A stretch of 64,000 nt of DNA from Halocafeteria seosinensis. Lineage: Eukaryota. The DNA is taken from positions 62,001-126,000 of the forward strand of contig LVLI01000141.1 in NCBI GenBank assembly GCA_001687465.1, read 5' to 3'. The notes under the pieces are model-generated. The model saw nothing but the letters and a program-made list of their open reading frames with translations. It was not told the origin of the DNA and did not search any database. The first letter of the stretch is position 1. Each line of letters starts with the position of its first letter. Shown here in pieces: positions 25,011 to 37,218 of the stretch. A program made the translations under genes and the position numbers.

Positions 25011-25999
25011 TTTGTATCCTTTATGCGGAAGAGGTTGTCAATTATCTCACGTCTTATCGTATATGGAATTCAGCGGCTTCAATGGTATTTTCTTCCTCGC
25101 TTCGTCTGGCAGTCGCCACTTGACAAAAACCAAAAAAAAACCTTCGCGCGAAATACGAAATGGTTTATCGCAATTGTACACTGTTCATACCACTGACAAC
25201 CGACGGAGTAAAAAATCTGTTTCTTTTATAATGCACTTTGAATATATTCTCCTCCGGATACAATCCTAAAATGCACACTCATCTGTTGAAGGGTTTGGGA
25301 CCCCAAGTTGAGGCATATCGCTTTGGAAGACTTCAACTCGGCAGCAAGTCACATTCACAGATCCCTTTGATTCAACAATGTGTACGAGCAAGAGAGTAAT
25401 GTAGTTGAGGAGGGTCCTGGAGCGACGCGAATGACGACATTCGACGACTATCGGGTGCCAGGCCGGTGGCAGTGATGGAGAATGAGTCAAAGAGGGAGAG
25501 GCTTACCCCGGTGCAAGGTACAGGACTCCACAGCTGGTGGGTAAAATCACAATCAGACAATGAAGAAGTTAATTCATGATACAGCTGTAGCTCCTTTACC
25601 AGTGCCACGATGATTTACTGGGTAAGTACCCTGTATGAAGTTCGGGTATCATACCGGGGGTATACACTATGAACAGCTTCAGAACAGGAGGTGAAGTTCA
25701 CATTTGTGATACTGGAGGCTGAGCCTCTCTGTCTGGAGCTCCCAAAGTTCTTGAGAATATAACGTGACGAAGAGTATAGATAGCCACCACTGACGCGACA
25801 CAGCGTTAGTCATCTGAGGTGATGTCAGTCTGATTTTCAGACGAAACGATGTCAAACACGGCGTCTGGTTGAGCGGCGAGTCGCGACCCAGGGCAGCTGC
25901 TGACGTCAGAAACAGCACATAAAGTAGAATGTTGGGCAACTTGGATTGCTAAACTGTTCAAACGGGTAGTTCATACAGATAAAGAAAGATAGCGTAGTG

Positions 26000-26518
26000 A
26001 TGTTTCGAAACCAAAAACTTCCGAGATTGCTGACGTTGGTTCACGCAGTAAACGCCGTATCAGTTGCCGGAGCGACAGCAAACCGAGCGACGCTATCAGC
26101 TAGAGGAAACTCCGAAAACTTTGCCCGACGAATGACAACGATGTCTTCCGAGGCACGGAACGTATTCGGCGAGCCACTGCAACCGTGTGGATACGACCCC
26201 ATGACCGGCTTTTATCGGGACGGCTTCTGCCGTACAGGGCCACGAGATTTTGGAAGCCACACTGTCTGTGCGATTGTGACAGACGAATTTCTGGAGGATA
26301 CAAAGCGTCGCGGTAATGACCTATCTACTCCAAGGCCTCAGTTTGGATTTCCCGGCCTGAAGGACGGAGACGCATGGTGTCTATGTGCGTCCAGATGGTA
26401 TGAAACGTACATGAGTGGTGTGGCCCCTTCCGTGGTTCTCGAATCAACCCACGAAAAAGCCCTACAGACGATTCCGTTAGAGACTCTACAGAAATTTCGG
26501 TATGATAAAAGACAGTAA
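26000..26518 (+). CDS. DUF2237 family protein
   Basis: RNVFGEPLQPCGYDPMTGFYRDGFCRTG..GSHTVCA..GNDLSTPRPQFGFPGLKDGDAWCLCASRW..APSVVLESTHEKAL. Intronless; the start could be 26000 or about 26132-26141. Confidence 0.9.
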   Translation: MFRNQKLPRLLTLVHAVNAVSVAGATANRATLSARGNSENFARRMTTMSSEARNVFGEPLQPCGYDPMTGFYRDGFCRTGPRDFGSHTVCAIVTDEFLEDTKRRGNDLSTPRPQFGFPGLKDGDAWCLCASRWYETYMSGVAPSVVLESTHEKALQTIPLETLQKFRYDKRQ

Positions 26519-26567
26519 AGAAGGTCCTTGCCGTTAATTTCAAACTATTGCTTTTCAATGAGACTGA

Positions 26568-28455
26568 CTAGTGCTGCTTGTAGAGAGTGATCTCGTCGAG
26601 CTTGGTATCGTTCACAGCTCCATAAAACGCCCAATGAAGGGCAGTTGAGTTCAGCGATGTAATTATACCGTAGCCAAAGTTTGCTGTATTCCAGTAGACA
26701 TTCCATGGTATTCCAGAAACGTTGTTGTACGTGGAGTGCCCTTCACTATCCCCGCCTGCTCCGTTCACTAAATACACCGGGGCCCTTGGATTGTTGTAAG
26801 TCTTCTCTGGAACCCCTTTGTACGTGGGCCATTGGCGCTCGTAAGCATGCTGATGGCCGCAGAAATATATATCGACTTTGTAGTCGTAAAGGAGCTGTTC
26901 AAACGTGTCTCTCATTGTACTGTGTCCTCGAAGTTGGACGGAATAAAGAGGCCTATGACCTGCGTCCATAGCTCCTTTCAGTATTGTAACAGCGGATGTG
27001 GGAACCTGTGTACTACATACCAGCAACGATGACCCATGGGCGCACGTGACGGTCCTTATTGGCTTCAATGAGATCTTGTTCGAGCCACTTCAACTGGTTT
27101 CCCCAGAATCCACCATTGTCCAGAAATATATGCTCATCGTTTGGCGAGTTAGGATAATTGGTTTCGGAATCAATGTTGATAAAATGAATATTCCCGTAGT
27201 TGAAGCTGTACCACATATTGTTTCCACCACTCTCTGGACCCGGCAAACGGAATCTGTTATTGTAAGCCGTAAAGTTGTGCAGTGGCACCCCAAGTCCGTT
27301 ATAGTCGAAAATACAAGCAGGGGAATGGCATTCCGCTGAACGAGAATGGAGAAGAGCAAACTCATGAATTTGAGGGGGATGGGAAGAGCCGACCGCCACA
27401 TACCTTCATGATTACCAGGACAAGCCATATACGCTTTGTAGGCACTCACATTCTGAAACCAATTGAAGTAGAAGTTCCAGGTCTGCAAATGCCGAAATAT
27501 GCGCAGGTAAGTGGTACAAGGTTGCATTCAGAATGCTGCGTTTTACCCAACGTACATCTTCGTATTTGAATTCAAAAGGGTGATGTAAGAAAGCATCGTC
27601 GGCATAGGCCTGCATTAGTAGGACAAATATCCTGGATACATTTGAAATCCATAAATAGTGAACACAAAGAGCTACTTACGATGTCACCGAAATGCCATAG
27701 GAAATCAAACTGTCGAGAACACAGAGTTGGACATTGATAATTCAAGACTAAGCGGAAGCAGACAGCAGGACAAGTAACTTACCTTATCAAAGTTCCGACT
27801 GATAGCGGATCTAACATCGCTGCTTTCGTACACCCCCATGTCTCCTGTTGAGGGTCGTGGGACATATATGTAAGAATGTGTGTTCACGAACCGGTTGCAT
27901 AATGCCTCCCTTACCGATGGTGATGACATTAACAGTTTGCTCAGGATCATTGTCGGGAGCTGTCACAAACGTATACTCTTCGCTGTATCCATCGTCTTTG
28001 TCTCCGACAATGTAGTAATACCGAGTATGCGGCTCCAAGTTCGGGATGATGGCATGATGATCCCACGTTGCCAAGTAGGTGGAGCAGCTACCCGAAACTT
28101 GATGCGGATAATGACCGCTTTGAGTTCCATACTTGACAATAGACGTCTCCGTCTGATTTACCGTTGCCCATGTCACAGCCATGGCATTGCTTATATTATT
28201 TTCGTCTCTGCCGGCGAAAGCAATGTGTATCTGTTGCGGGGCGTTCGAGGGCTGGGTTTTCACCCTCCACATGTATTTTTGTCGTTCTTCTTGTGCAATT
28301 TTCGTGGCCTGATTCATGTCCACATTCCTCATAGCGTATTTTCGTATTTGATCTCGTAGTTCAGCTCGGATAGGATTCTCTCCGTGCGCTTGTAGCATGG
28401 ACAAGGCTACCAAGCATGCCAGAACCAGCAGAGTGGTTCCGCTTCCCCGCTGCAT
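26568..28455 (-). CDS. Purple acid phosphatase family metallophosphoesterase, secreted (copy A)
   Basis: Signal peptide; PQQIHIAF FN3-like N-domain; metal motifs GDMG, GDI|AYAD, PGNHE, AG|HRP, GHQHAYER; GAGG C-terminal motif. Spliced. Confidence 0.92.
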
Positions 28456-28842
28456 AGGTCTTTTTTCCTTTCTTTTGTTTTAATATGATATGATATGCTC
28501 CCTATGCGCACATAGATGAGACCAAGTTCACTTCCGAATCCAGACAAAACCAAAGTGAGCAAAAGCGCAAGACACTTTCAACACGAGCGCAGCAGGCTAT
28601 GTAGCCTGTGTCTTGCCTACCCGGGGCCCCGGGGGTGGGCTATGCTTCAACATTCGGAGAACCGCAGAGATAGGACAGGGCTCGAACGAACCACTCAGTG
28701 GTAAAACGTTTACCGTACGGGGTGAATGAATATGATAATGATCGAATACGTGTTGATTCACTGTGGGGAGTGCATGGAGCGAAAGGGAAATGAGTCGGAG
28801 TTCATTCATGATTCATTATCTATGACAGGTACCTCGGCACTC

Positions 28843-30739
28843 CTAGTTGTGTTGCTTCAGAATCGTAACCTCGTCCAGTTTGGTATCGTTTACGGCCCCA
28901 TAAAACGCCCAACGGAGTGCCGTTGAATTCAACGTGGTAATCATGCCGTAGCCAAAGTTGACCGTATTCCAGTACACATTCCATGGTATGCCGGAAACGT
29001 TGCCGTATGACGAGTGACCTTCACTGTCCCCTCCCGCTCCGTTCACAATATATACAGGAGCCCTGGGATTGTTGTAGGTCCTTTCTGGAACTCCATTGTA
29101 AGTCGGCCATTGGCGTTCGTAAGCATGCTTATGACCGCAGAAGTAAATGTCAACTCCATACTGGTAAAACAAACTTTCGAACGTTTTCCTCATTGTGTTG
29201 TTTGATGTTCCATCCTGAACAGAGTAAAGTGGTCTATGTCCTGCAACATTATGCAGCTAGCGTAGAAGCTACCAAAACCGAAGAGAAACGCAAAAGACGA
29301 GCTGAATGCTTACCTGCAACCAGAATCCAAGGGCGAACGTGCCGATTCCTGTTGGCTTCAATCAGATCATTTTCCAACCATTGCAGTTGATCCCCCCAAA
29401 AACCACCGTTATCCAAGAAGATATGCTCATCATTGGGAGAATCTGGATAATTCGTTTCAGAATCGATGTTAATGAAATGAATGTTGCCGTAGTTGAAGCT
29501 GTACCACATGTTGTTCCCACCACTCTCTGGACCTGGGAGACGAAACCTGTTGTTGTATGCAGTGAAGTTATGAAGCGGAACACCAAGACCTTTGTAGTCG
29601 AAGATGCAAGCCGGAGAGTGACATTCAGCTGCGACCACCATATTGGTAAAGAAGGGTTCTTCCTATTGTGAGCTCGGAAACAAACAGCTTATCACACACC
29701 TTCGTGATTTCCAGGACAAGCCATGTAAGCTTTGTAGGCGCTGACGTTTTGGAACCAATTGAAAAAGAAATTCCAAGTCTGCAGCGACGGAAGTCCGTGT
29801 AACTCGGTATACTCAAACTGATCTTTGCATAGAGTACATACGTCTTCATACTTGAACTCAAAGGGATGATGCAAGAAAGCGTCGTCCGCATATGCCTGCA
29901 TATAAAGCAACGATATAGTCGAATGTTTCCAACCCAAAACGCAATCAGACCAAACACGGAAATCCACATACGATGTCGCCAAAGTGCCACAGAAAATCGA
30001 ACTGCAGGAAGAAAAGGTGTGAGTTGAGGTAGCACAACCATCAAATAGCGGAAAAAACATTACTTTATTAAAGTTTTGGCTAATAGCAGAACGCACATCA
30101 CTGCTTTCATAGACTCCCATGTCTCCTGCAAAACGAGTTACCAATATTAACCTCGAGTTCATCTCGGCGAATTCGCATACCTATAGTAATCACATTGACA
30201 CTCTGCTGAGGATCATTGTCGGGGGCTGTCACAAACGTATACTCTTCGCTGTATCCATCATCTTTGTCCCCGACAATGTAGTAATACCGAGTATGCGGCT
30301 CCAAGTTCGGGATGATGGCATGATGATCCCACGTTGCCAAGTAGGTGGAGCAGCTCCCGGAAACTTGATGCGGATAATGACCACTTTGAGTTCCATATTT
30401 GACGATAGACGTCTCCGTCTGATTTACTGTTGCCCATGTCACAGCCATGGCATTGCTTACATTATTTTCGTCTCTGCCGGCGAAAGCAATGTGTATCTGT
30501 TGCGGGGCGTTCGAGCCCTGGCTTTTCACCCTCCGCATGTATTTTTGTCGTTCTTCCTGTGCAATTTTCGTGGCTTGATTCATGTCCACATTCCTCATAG
30601 CGTATTTTCGTATTTGATCTCGTAGTTCAGCTCGGATAGGATTCTCTCCGTGCGCTTGTGGCACGCTCAAGCATACCAGAATGAGGAGAGCAACGGAGAC
30701 GGAGACTCCTCCGCTTGCTTTGATACAACTGTCCAACAT
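28843..30739 (-). CDS. Purple acid phosphatase family metallophosphoesterase, secreted (copy B, tandem paralog)
   Basis: Same motifs and intron positions as copy A (GDMG, GDI|AYAD, PGNHE, GHKHAYER), with a different signal peptide. Confidence 0.92.
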
Positions 30740-31264
30740 CCCTGCGCACTCTTTGACGGTGTGGATGACTATCTTCCGCGAGTACCGGTCACACCTACGA
30801 CAAATCCAAAATATGTCGTCGCTAGAGTTCGTACACGGCTCTGAAGAATCTGAACGCCGGGCCGCTACCAAAGTTGAAGTACTTTATCAAGCTGGTTCAA
30901 GCAACTTCAACCGACACACGTTTGAGTCGGTAGCAGTGCCGTAGCACGTGATGAATCACGCACGACACCCGTTAATTGGCGTTGCCCGTTCCACGGATAG
31001 GTCGAGTGAGAAAGGGAAGATGATAAGCAGGAGTAGAGGGCCACTGAAAGCATGGTCGGAACCCAGCTTGTGAAGGTATCTTCTGACGTCATCTATACAC
31101 CCTGCTTCGTAACTGGCGTCAGCGGTCTCACTCTACTCTACATAAACTTACGACCGTGATTTAGTAAGAGGGTTGATTGCATGTGGAGCCGGAGACCTTA
31201 GCTGTATCGATCGGTTTTGGCCAGACTTAGCTTCACAGCCTCTTTATGCTTTCCAAGCCAAGAG

Positions 31265-33522
31265 ATGTCTTCGTCATCTAAGGAAAGAGTGGCTCTCTGC
31301 TGGTTCAGGAAAGGGCTTCGCCTGCACGATAATGAACCCTTAGTAAGGGCCAACAATCTCCCAGGTGTGACGGCTGTGTACCCCGGTGAGTAGACACAAG
31401 CGAACTACGAAGTACACCTGAGGATATTGCTCTGAATAATGCAGTCTTTATACTGGATCCATGGTTTACCAAGCCTGAAAGGGTTGGCACCAATCGCATG
31501 CGCTTTCTCTTGCAAAGTCTTCAGGTAACACACGTGATGCGTTTGCTTGGTTATGTGGCCCAAGAGTACTCTCAGTGGCTTATGATGGTACAGGATTTGG
31601 ATGACTCACTGAGACAGCGAGGATCCCGCCTCTTCGTTCCCCAAGGGAAGCCTCTCGAGGTGCTTCCGTCTTTGTGTCAGGAATGGGGCATAACCGATGT
31701 GGTGAGTGACAGGCTGTATAACCTTATGTGGAGGCGATGTCTCGTTATGTCCCTGTTGGAATCCAGTTCTTTGAGAAGGATACAGAGCCTTATGCTCTGA
31801 GAAGAGACGAAAATGTGAGTCGGGTTATTAAGCAATGGTTCGAATATTTTGACGAATCGATGCGCTATCAAACAGGTCAAGTCTTTCTGCACCAAAGCTT
31901 CAGTTACTGTGCATTCGTGCAATGGTCATACACTCTTCGATATGGACCAGTACGTGGCAGCAGAACGCTCGATATGTAATTCGATTTGCTATTTAGTTTT
32001 GCTTTTCCAGACTCCTTGACTTTTGTGGAGGAAAAGAGAATATTCCGACGAACTATGGTAGCTTCATGAAGGTCGTGAGTTCCTTCGGAGCTCCGCATGT
32101 TGCCCGCGAAATACCGAAGCTTATTCCACCGGCAAATGGATCTGACAAAGACGGAAACAGGATTGTTCCGGTGTTATCGAGTCTAGGCTATCAACCTCCG
32201 AGGAGGGAACCACTTGTACAAGGTATGCGCGCAGTATTAGTCACGTTTCAAGCAGCAGAGTACGCCACGATTCTGTTCCCAGGCGGTGAAACTGCCGGTC
32301 TGCATTTGCTGAAAGACAAACTTAAGAATGAAGCATGGGTGAATGGCTTTGAAAAACCAAAGACTAGTCCAACGGCACTAGAACCGGCAACCACGAGTTT
32401 GAGCCCGTACTTGAAATTTGGCTGTGTCTCCCCACGAAAGTTTTACTGGGATCTCAAGGAAGTATACTCCCGCGTAAGTGGTACCGCTAGTCGCCACGAG
32501 AATCTCTTTCCTCGCATACATGGCTCTTTTATTGAAACAGAGCCGGAAACATACGGAACCGCCAGTAAGTTTACTCGGTCAATTGTACTGGCGAGAATTC
32601 TTCTATTTGCAAGGTTACGGAATACCGGGTTTCGACAAAATGACTGAGAACCGTCTTTGTCGGCAAATAAACTGGGACGACAACCCAGAGCTATTGAAAG
32701 CGTGGGAAGTACGTCTGTATGGTGTGCTTCTTAATTGGTGTGAGATATATTTTTTCTGCTGGAAACACAGGAAGCAAGGACAGGCTATCCGTGGATAGAC
32801 GCAGCAATGACTCAGTTGAACGACCAAGGGTGGTTACATCATCTTGCAAGGCATGCCGTTGCGTGTTTTTTGACCCGTGGCGATCTATACCAACATTGGG
32901 AGAAAGGCGCCGAAGTATTCGAACGGTTGCTAATAGATGCTGACTGGTCTATAAATAACGGCAATTGGCTATGGCTCTCAGCTAGTGCCTACTTTTACCA
33001 GTACTTTCGAGTTTATAATCCAGCTACCTTTGCCAGGAAGACTGATCCTAATGGGGATTATATTCGAAAGTATGTAAACCTGGGCGTACTGAGGTTCCGC
33101 TGCCAGCTCGCCATATAAGATTCTCGACTGCAGATGGGTCCCAGCGCTCAAGCACATGCCGTCGAAGTATATATTTGAACCATGGAAAGTAAGTATCTTC
33201 TCTCCTGGACGCGTTGCGACGCTAGCATGATCTAACGCAAATCGTTTCTGACAGGCTCCTATCAGTGTCCAACGCGAAGCCGATTGTATGATCGGAAAAG
33301 ACTACCCGAAGCGGATAGTCATCCACGAGGACGTTTCGAAAGCTAATATAGAACGACACAAAAAAGCATATGCAGTCTATACGGGAAATAGTGTCAAACG
33401 AAGTTCCCAATCCACCCTCAACAGCATCGCTACTGTAAGTTTCGGTACAGCGGGTACATCGCTTGTCATTTTAACACCATAATGCTCGCTTGCTCTGTTG
33501 ACAGAAGAAGAAGAAGAAATGA
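31265..33522 (+). CDS. (6-4) photolyase / animal-cryptochrome clade protein, multi-exon
   Basis: [111 protein letters not shown]. The HHLARH histidines of (6-4) repair are present. Confidence 0.93.
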
Positions 33523-34007
33523 TGGCGTGGCAATCTGGGTTTGCTCGAGAGTTTTGCATCATTGTCTCTTTAAGTTGCATCTAACAAACTGCTATGGGCT
33601 GACACTCTATTAATCCGCTTTTGGCGATCTCCGCACTTGAATCGTTTCCATGATTACCCAACAATACACCTTGTACCGCTTCCATTTGAATGAACAGACG
33701 GGTGCATTTCGCATCAACATTGTGGTTATCACACGCCACCACGCGATGACACTGTGGTCTGTGTTCTGCTTCACGTGAAGTCGTCTCTCTTGACTTGGCT
33801 TGAAGGCGAGCAAGGTGCCTTCCTTCGCAGACCATTGGCAGACTCTCTCGTTGTGTTGATTTTAATTTCATTTAGATAGATAGAGAAGACTTTTGTATAG
33901 CATATTCACTGGAAATAAGGGATGAAAGCCTCCTTCCCCATTGTGGTGAATTAGGTGACCTGAGGCTTCTGCGGCCAAGGACCCCGGCCATTATACACAC
34001 TGGCACG

Positions 34008-37000
34008 ATGCTACCACTCACAGAGATGCAGCACGCGTACCAGAAGAGCAAAAGGAGGAGGGCGAGCCGCATTCGAGCGTGTCTGGTGGCTGCTTTCATC
34101 CTGCTTTCAACGATTTATGTTTCATTAAAACCCGCCTTCGCTCCGCGGCTCCGGGGAGCTTCCAGACATCTTGGGGTCCATACACGGTCATTATGGTCGC
34201 CAGACAGCCATTATATCAATACCACAACTACACCGGCGATCACTAGCAGTTCTGCGGTGGAAACGCGTGGGGGCATCTTTAGGGACGCGTACAACGACTT
34301 GACGAAACTACTCGACTGGACCCGGCGCCCGCATTCCACAACCGAGGAAACGGACACATTTTATTCGGAAAGGGGACTACTGGACGACAATATAAATAAA
34401 ACAACATGTGGAGCCCATATCAAAGACAAATTCAAATGCGATGAGGATGAATGCAAAGATCGGGTGAGTGGCTGACGGTTGGTAGAATCGAGATGGCTAT
34501 GTTGTCTAATAACCTGATGAATTTTTTTTTTTATTCTTTTTGCAGGTGTCGGGATTCATTAACTATTTGATGATATATGAATGCTGGTGGGATGAAATTC
34601 AGCCCCTGGTGTGGATATGCTACATCCTATGGCTGATATTCCTCCTCTACATGCTGGGTAACACTGCTGATGCCTTCTTCTGCCCAGCACTTGAAGTGAT
34701 TGTTGACATCCTCAAAGTCTCTCCAGATATAGCTGGTGTTACTTTTCTTAGTTTTGGTAATGGTGCGCCTGGTAAGTAGCGTTTGTGTCTTACCTGGATG
34801 TTACGCCTTTGCGTATGCTAATTCCCCCTTCTCTTTCTGCAGATGTGTTCTCTTCCCTCGCTGCATACATTTCTGGCGTCGGACAGGTTGGCGTTTCAGC
34901 GATTTTAGGGGCAGGTATGGTATCAATCCGCATGCGTAATCAATCGTGTTTCAAATCAAATATTGCTTGATCTTTCCCGCCAGGCGTCTTCGTTGTTACC
35001 GTGGTGGTGGGTGCTGTGTGCCTGACCAGTGAAGTCCAGCTTTCAAAAGGCTTCTTCTTGAGAGATGTTTCGTTTTACTGCGTAGCCGTAGTTTATCTAC
35101 TGATAAATTTTTGGATAGACTCCTTGAATATTGGTCAAGCGCTTGGTTTCATTGCGCTGTATGTCGTGTATGCTTTAATAGCTATATTCGGCGACCGACT
35201 ATTCTCTGGAAAGAAGTCGAGTTCAAAGCTGGAAGGAGTTGACGATAGCGCATTGTTGACGGAGGACGAGGTATGTGGAGATGTAGCAGCCGATGAAACA
35301 AGCATAAACAGCTTGCCAAGACCAAAGAAAGAAACTTCTTCATGGAGACTAGCAAGGGAAGGCTCCCAACGACTATCACGCGAGGCCTCACAATTGTATC
35401 CTAGGCTGTCGATTCCGCCAAATGATGACATTGCTATACATCGGCGTAATAAGTATGAGCATTTACCGAACGGCGACGAACGGCATCTCAACGCGCAATC
35501 GACTTACCCCCTTAAGAACCCGTCTCTTGGCGAAACTGCTGCCAGAGGCCGGGCGCGAAGCGAGCACTGGGAATATTCCTTGTCTCATACGGAGCTGGAT
35601 GAATTGACGGGTCAACAGGATGCTACTCCCCCAAAGAGCAAAAAAATGTTGGCGCTGTCCCCAGAGGCTCCTTTGTCCAATAATTTTACGGATAAAAAAT
35701 ATCGGTGCATGTCTGTGCAACCAGGTCCTAACTACTCTGGAACAATGGGTGCTACTGAGAAACGAAAGCGCCTAAAATATGAAGTATGGCTACAGTCCCT
35801 GAAGCAGCATGAAAACAAGTCACTGTTCCGCTCAAACTATAGGTGGATTGAACACCTTCTAGGTTCTTTGAGAGTAAACGACAGAGAGGAAAGGGAAATC
35901 ATAGAACGTGCTCAGCGCACCTCCAGGTGGCGCAGTCGCGCACCAACGAATACTAGGAAGCGACGGTCAAGTGGTGGCCAGTACTTTAATTTTGACTCTG
36001 AAATAGACCAAGAACCGGGAGATACGAATGGTCGATATGAATCGTACGTTACAGCAGAAGAGGAGGCAGAAAACGATATTGAAATGGGACCAAGTTTCCT
36101 TGAGAAATATTTCGGCGACGAGTCGCGCTTCAGTCGCTGTATGTATTACTTCCTGCTTCCTGGCCTATTCGTGAGACAAATCACGGTACCAATACTCCAG
36201 AAAGATGAATACGATTGGCGATACGTCGCTGGTAAGTCCGACCAGTGCGCCCAACCAAATGTCCAGTCTGAGCACGTGTGATGCTCCCGTGCTTCGCAGT
36301 TACTCCACTACTGGGTTTGCCGTGGATATTCCTTACCGCGCTAGGTATCGTCGGGGAAGATACGAGTGCGTTCATAAATGGTGTTGCCGATAGTACACCA
36401 TGGGTACGTTCGCTTTTGCAAAACGGCGAGGCAGAACTAGAAACAATGCATCCTTTGTTTTTCTTCCACTGCAGTTGTCATGGGCCCTTCTTTCCTTTGC
36501 AATTGGTCTCCTGAGTTCGGCGATGCTCGTTGTTTACTTGCGCAAGCTGGAATATCCACGAGGAATCCCTCTGGTAATGTTGACTTTGTTCTCCTTCCTT
36601 AGTAGCGTTTGCTGGGTAATCAATGTTGCCAACGAAATCGGTAAGAACAGTGCAATATTCTCGCCCGTGTTCGTCGTCTTCTTATCACGCAGTCTCTCCC
36701 TTGCAGTCGGCCTGCTAGGAGCAACAGGGTTGTTGTTAGGTATCTCACCCTCTCTACTGGCAATGTCCGTGCTGGCATGGGGTAACTCCCTTGGTACGTG
36801 GTTATGGTGCTACTGTTGCTAATTAATCACTCTGTAGTCTATCTTCTTTCCAAGCAGGTGATCTTGTGGCGGATGTCACCGTTGCGAAGGAAGGCATTCC
36901 TTCTATGGCCATTGCCGCCACGTACGCCGGCCCCTGCTTTAATCTTCTTATAGGACTTGGACTGTCTACGTCCGTCGCAATATGGAAACAGGGAGATCTA

Positions 37001-37213
37001 AAGTTGCAACCACCAAGCAGTGACGGAAAATCAGCCTTGCACTCGACTGACGTAATTTATTGCAATTTCGCATTTCTTTTAGCGTCTCTGATACTAGTGC
37101 TTATAGTTGTACCACTTAGTGGATACAAGATGTCCCGAAGATTGGGCGTAATACTGATACTGTTGTACGTTGTCTATTTCATAGTGTCAATGATTTTGCA
37201 GTATGTCGGGTAA
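34008..37213 (+). CDS. Cation/Ca2+ exchanger (CCX/NCLX-type, Na_Ca_ex family), spliced
   Basis: Alpha-1 repeat AGVTFLSFGNGAP|DVFSS; alpha-2 repeat LAWGNSLG|DLVAD..AGPCFNLLIGLG; GFINYL luminal motif; long cytosolic loop. Confidence 0.92.
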
Positions 37214-37218
37214 ATAAA

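Noticed and set aside
25011..25999. Possible ncRNA or transposon remnant in a ~1-kb divergent intergenic region
   Set aside because: No tRNA/snRNA signature, terminal repeats or recognisable protein motif found.
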